From Octopus bimaculoides (Eukaryota): 64,000 nt of DNA. Location of the stretch: positions 21,286,891 to 21,350,890 of the forward strand of contig NC_068986.1 of assembly GCF_001194135.2 (NCBI RefSeq). Direction: 5' to 3'. The notes under the pieces were generated by a model, which was not told the origin of the DNA, ran no database searches, and saw only the letters and a program-made list of their open reading frames with translations. A program made the position numbers and the translations under genes. How positions within the stretch are numbered: the first letter of the stretch is position 1; every line of letters begins with the position of its first letter. This document shows, in pieces, positions 61,306 through 64,000 of the stretch.

Positions 61306-63258
61306 TACACACACACACATATATATATATGCATACACACATGCATATATATGCATACACACACACACTCACACACACATAGCAAATTGGCAGAGTCATT
61401 AGAGCATTGGCTGGAATGCCTCATAGTATGTGTTACAACTCTTTGCACACTGAGTTCAAATCCCACGAAAGTCAGCTTTGCTTTGTCCATAAAAAAATAC
61501 CGATCTAGGATTGTGGATTGGTAGAACTGTTATAGTCAAGCAGTGTCTATTCAGGCTCATTACGTTCTGAAAGCAATACCTGTAGTAATATACTGGTGCC
61601 AAACCCTATTGGTGGTGACCTGTCCCTTAGATAAACATTGATGGCATGGACAAGGAAGTCTTGCATACTGGAGGAACTGTCCAAGCATGTAATTCTCCTA
61701 AAAAAAAAAAATAATAATCATGTCCATCCCTGCACATACAGGTGCAGATGGATGGTCATCCCTGACTAATAGAGTTCCTTTATTTCTAGGACTGCATTGT
61801 CTAATGTGTTCTTTGCTTTTAAGATGGTAGGGTGTAATCTGAGGGATTTTGGCTGTCATTTATAGCAGGTTGGATTAGATGACAGTGTGGTAGTTCCCTA
61901 GGCTTATTTCTTCAATAAACTTATTATTAGCATGTGTATCAATATAAAAAGAACTCACAGAGCATTAATGACAAACTAGTGGCAGTGGTAAGAGTATTTC
62001 TTAGAATAACTAATTAAAATTAAAGTACTAGTATTTTAAAATTACAATCATAAAAACGTAAGATTAACTATATATCTGTTTGTTAGAAAGTACCTTCATA
62101 CTACATTCCTGGCTTTTTCTTTAATTTTTTTTTTTTTTCTTTTTTAGCTAAGCTTTTTGCATTGAATGAATAGAAATAAATGTTAAAGACAAAAGAGAGA
62201 CTCATGACCGACAAAATTGTAGCAATAGAGATTTTAGTGTAGTACATAGGATGCTTATTCTGTCTACTTATCTTTCCTTCCAAATTTTGTGACGGATATT
62301 AAAAGTAACTTAGATGACCTTCACACTCTCTAAACTAGAGGATCTATTATACAGTGACATTTACATAAGCATGTTGTTATCAATTGATGATATTGTGTTA
62401 ATTGAGTTGTGAAATCTTGTTTATTTGCTTTTTTTTTCTTTCCTTTCATCATCATCATCATCATCATCGTTTAACGTCCGCTTTCCATGCTAGCATGGGT
62501 TCTATAATCAAAATGATAGAGGAAATCATTTATTATTTCCTTTTTCTACGGAAGGAAAAATTTACAGAATTTATCACCTTCTATTCATTTAACATGTTTT
62601 ATTTCAGTACGTAGCGACAGAGTAAGCTCCCTTTATAATTTTAAAATAAAATTACATATTTGATGGTTTAAAAAATGCCTGGTCATATTAGATGCCCCCA
62701 ATTTCAGCAGCACATATTCAAGAAAAAAGTTCTTAATGCATTAAAACATGTAATGTAGGTCTAACTTTGCATATAGGACCCGGGGTGATTTTTGCATTTG
62801 AGGGTTGGTTTGAAAAAGGAGAATGCCCAAAACTGGGCGAGATGGTGTGAGGGCAGTTGCTATGACATTGAGGGAACTAAACCTGGATTTAAAACACTGG
62901 ATGATGATGATGATAACATGGATTGTCGAGTAAAAAAGAAAAAAAAATCAAACAAATTTAGCTGATAACCGAATATAACATCATTCATTACACAAGAATT
63001 TGTGAAATATTCACTGAAATTACTACTTCGTATTTTTTTTACTGTAATCTCATTGGTTTATTTTCTTTCAGTGTGGAACCAATCAGAAGGGAAATGACTG
63101 GGAAGTGTATGGCAGGGTGACATGTAAGTGTGATCTGGATGGTATTGTTCCTGAGGTCACACTCAACATTATCCAAATGCCTACAAATGAAAGATTCTGT
63201 TTGGATAATTTTACAGTTCACCCCTGTGTTCAAAGTGCTGATGTTGATGACGCATTAA
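49828..63258 (+). CDS. AP5M1: AP-5 complex subunit mu-1 (MUDENG), first 8 coding exons; gene continues past the window end
   Basis: Spliced translation aligns by eye with AP5M1 motifs: FSRRFPTVEK, QYVPIP, CCLPFV, PGVT, TVPLG, QKQPAW...HKG, GRVTCKCDLDGIVPEVT, VHPCV. Confidence 0.93.
51771..51840. mobile_element. 70-bp foldback mini-element with 8-bp TSD
   Basis: 33-bp arms (one G-T pair), GACT loop, AAAAGATG on both sides. Confidence 0.85.
51986..52155. mobile_element. About 170-bp palindromic MITE
   Basis: 56-bp arms with 4 mismatches; weaker symmetry continues towards the centre. Confidence 0.75.
52210..52680 (+). mobile_element. Copy of the RTE 3'-UTR family (tandem units plus (GAT)n tail)
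   Basis: GACTGGCTCCCGTGCCGGTGGCAC.TAAAAAGCAC units, then GTTGGCGTTAGGAAGGGCATCC and the tail. Related copies at 22606-22940 (-), 55540-55850, 57040-57225, 58090-58590 and 60645-60985 (-). Confidence 0.85.
53680..53905 (+). mobile_element. SINE 3' portion with GGTTGGCGACAGGA motif and (GAT)n tail
   Basis: Related minus-strand copies at 13270-13460, 16400-16600 and 27800-28030. Confidence 0.6.
54778..54904 (+). CDS. AP5M1: AP5M1 exon 2 (RFPTVEKWTVLTEKDQYVPIPQNTEFTKNLFNCIRTNSKLNK)
   Basis: tttgcag acceptor, GTATTT donor, 127 nt. Confidence 0.93.
56148..56243 (+). CDS. AP5M1: AP5M1 exon 3 (NSEQKCSNQDKSPFYSINTAGGKLFPVIVLNK)
   Basis: 96 nt, GT-AG. Confidence 0.88.
56774..56844 (+). CDS. AP5M1: AP5M1 exon 4 (DQFLFCCLPFVDSASHSKSFLIE)
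   Basis: 71 nt, tag acceptor, GTAAGT donor, phase-consistent. Confidence 0.88.
57604..57834. mobile_element. hAT-type MITE
   Basis: CAG..GTTCTCAAC TIRs; perfect 8-bp TSD CTTTAAAT. Related copies at 38749-39012, 34750-35288 and 12050-12200. Confidence 0.88.
57912..57987 (+). CDS. AP5M1: AP5M1 exon 5 (PGVTLCHGLLSALSDIVHTSHLNNE)
   Basis: 76 nt, GTAAGT donor, phase-consistent. Confidence 0.88.
59120..59251 (+). CDS. AP5M1: AP5M1 exon 6 (NSLFNDISTFLIETVPLGKIRDVN...GNQK)
   Basis: 132 nt, GT-AG. Confidence 0.9.
59758..59838 (+). CDS. AP5M1: AP5M1 exon 7 (QPAWRPNTHKGRNQIYICVSENVRAAI), start of the mu homology domain
   Basis: 81 nt, GT-AG, conserved QPAW. Confidence 0.93.
63072..63258 (+). CDS. 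AP5M1: AP5M1 exon 8 (CGTNQKGNDWEVYGRVTCKCDLDGIVPEVT...VHPCVQSADVDDAL)
   Basis: 187 nt, GT-AG, conserved. Confidence 0.94.
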
Positions 63259-64000
63259 GTAAGACTACATTAATTTCTGTTTAAATTCCGTCAAATTATT
63301 ATCATTTTTTTTTCTACTCTAGGCACAAGGCCTAAAGTTTTGGGGGAGTTGGGGCCAGTCGATTAGATCGACCCCAGTATGCAACTGGTTCTTAATTTAT
63401 CAACCCTGAAAGGATGAAAGGCAAAGTCGACCTCTGCAGAATTTGAACTCAGAACGTAAAGGCAGATAAAATACTGCTACACATTTCGCCCAGTGTGCTA
63501 ACATTTCTACCAGCTCACCACCTAAAAAATATTCTTTTCTACTCTAGGCACAAGGCCCGGGAATTTTGGGGGATTGGGCCAGTTGATTAGATCGACCCCA
63601 GTGTGCAACTGGTACTTAATTTATCAACCCTGAAAGGATGAAAGGTAAAGTCGACCTCTGCAGAACTTGAACTCAGAACGTAAAGGCAGACGAAATACCA
63701 CTAAGCATTTTGCCCGGCATGCTAACGTTTCTGCCAGCTCGCTGCCTTTCGGTCAGATTATATTAGATATGATCTTAGACACAGATGTGGCTGTGTGGTT
63801 AAGAAGTCTGCTTTCAATCTCATGGTTTTGGGTTCAGTCCCACTAAGTGGTACCTTGGGCAAGTGTTTTCTGCTATAGTCCTGAGCCAGAGTAGAAGACA
63901 TCTGTAAGTATATTTGATAGACAGAAATTGAAAGAAACCTATGGTGTGTGTATATATATATATATATATATTATACACACAAACACATATATATTAGTGT

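Overview
AT-rich, microsatellite- and SINE-dense eukaryotic scaffold with several N gaps. The repeat content looks like a cephalopod (octopus) genome; this is my recognition of the repeat families, not a database result. Two divergently transcribed spliced genes were rebuilt by hand from GT-AG junctions and reading phase. (1) A complete eIF3 subunit C gene (eIF3c) on the minus strand: 21 coding exons from ATG at 42724 to stop at 14989-14991, 898 aa, plus a probable non-coding first exon ending at 46212 and a possible extra 96-nt exon. (2) The first 8 coding exons of an AP-5 complex mu subunit gene (AP5M1) on the plus strand, from 49828 to beyond the window end. The rest is transposon debris: tRNA-derived SINEs, RTE, CR1/L2 and RLE-type (HERO-like) LINE fragments, two mariner relics, and hAT, piggyBac and possible Merlin-type MITEs. 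There is also a 3'-truncated tRNA-Glu. I see no clear new multi-gene system. The best leads are a Trp-periodic repeat tail on eIF3c, a candidate cassette exon and alternative C-terminus, a near-perfect 70-bp hairpin with an 8-bp target duplication, a TIR element carrying telomeric repeats, and a promoter-motif-rich cassette inside an AP5M1 intron. Gene exon coordinates are exact by phase check; repeat coordinates are approximate to about 10 bp.
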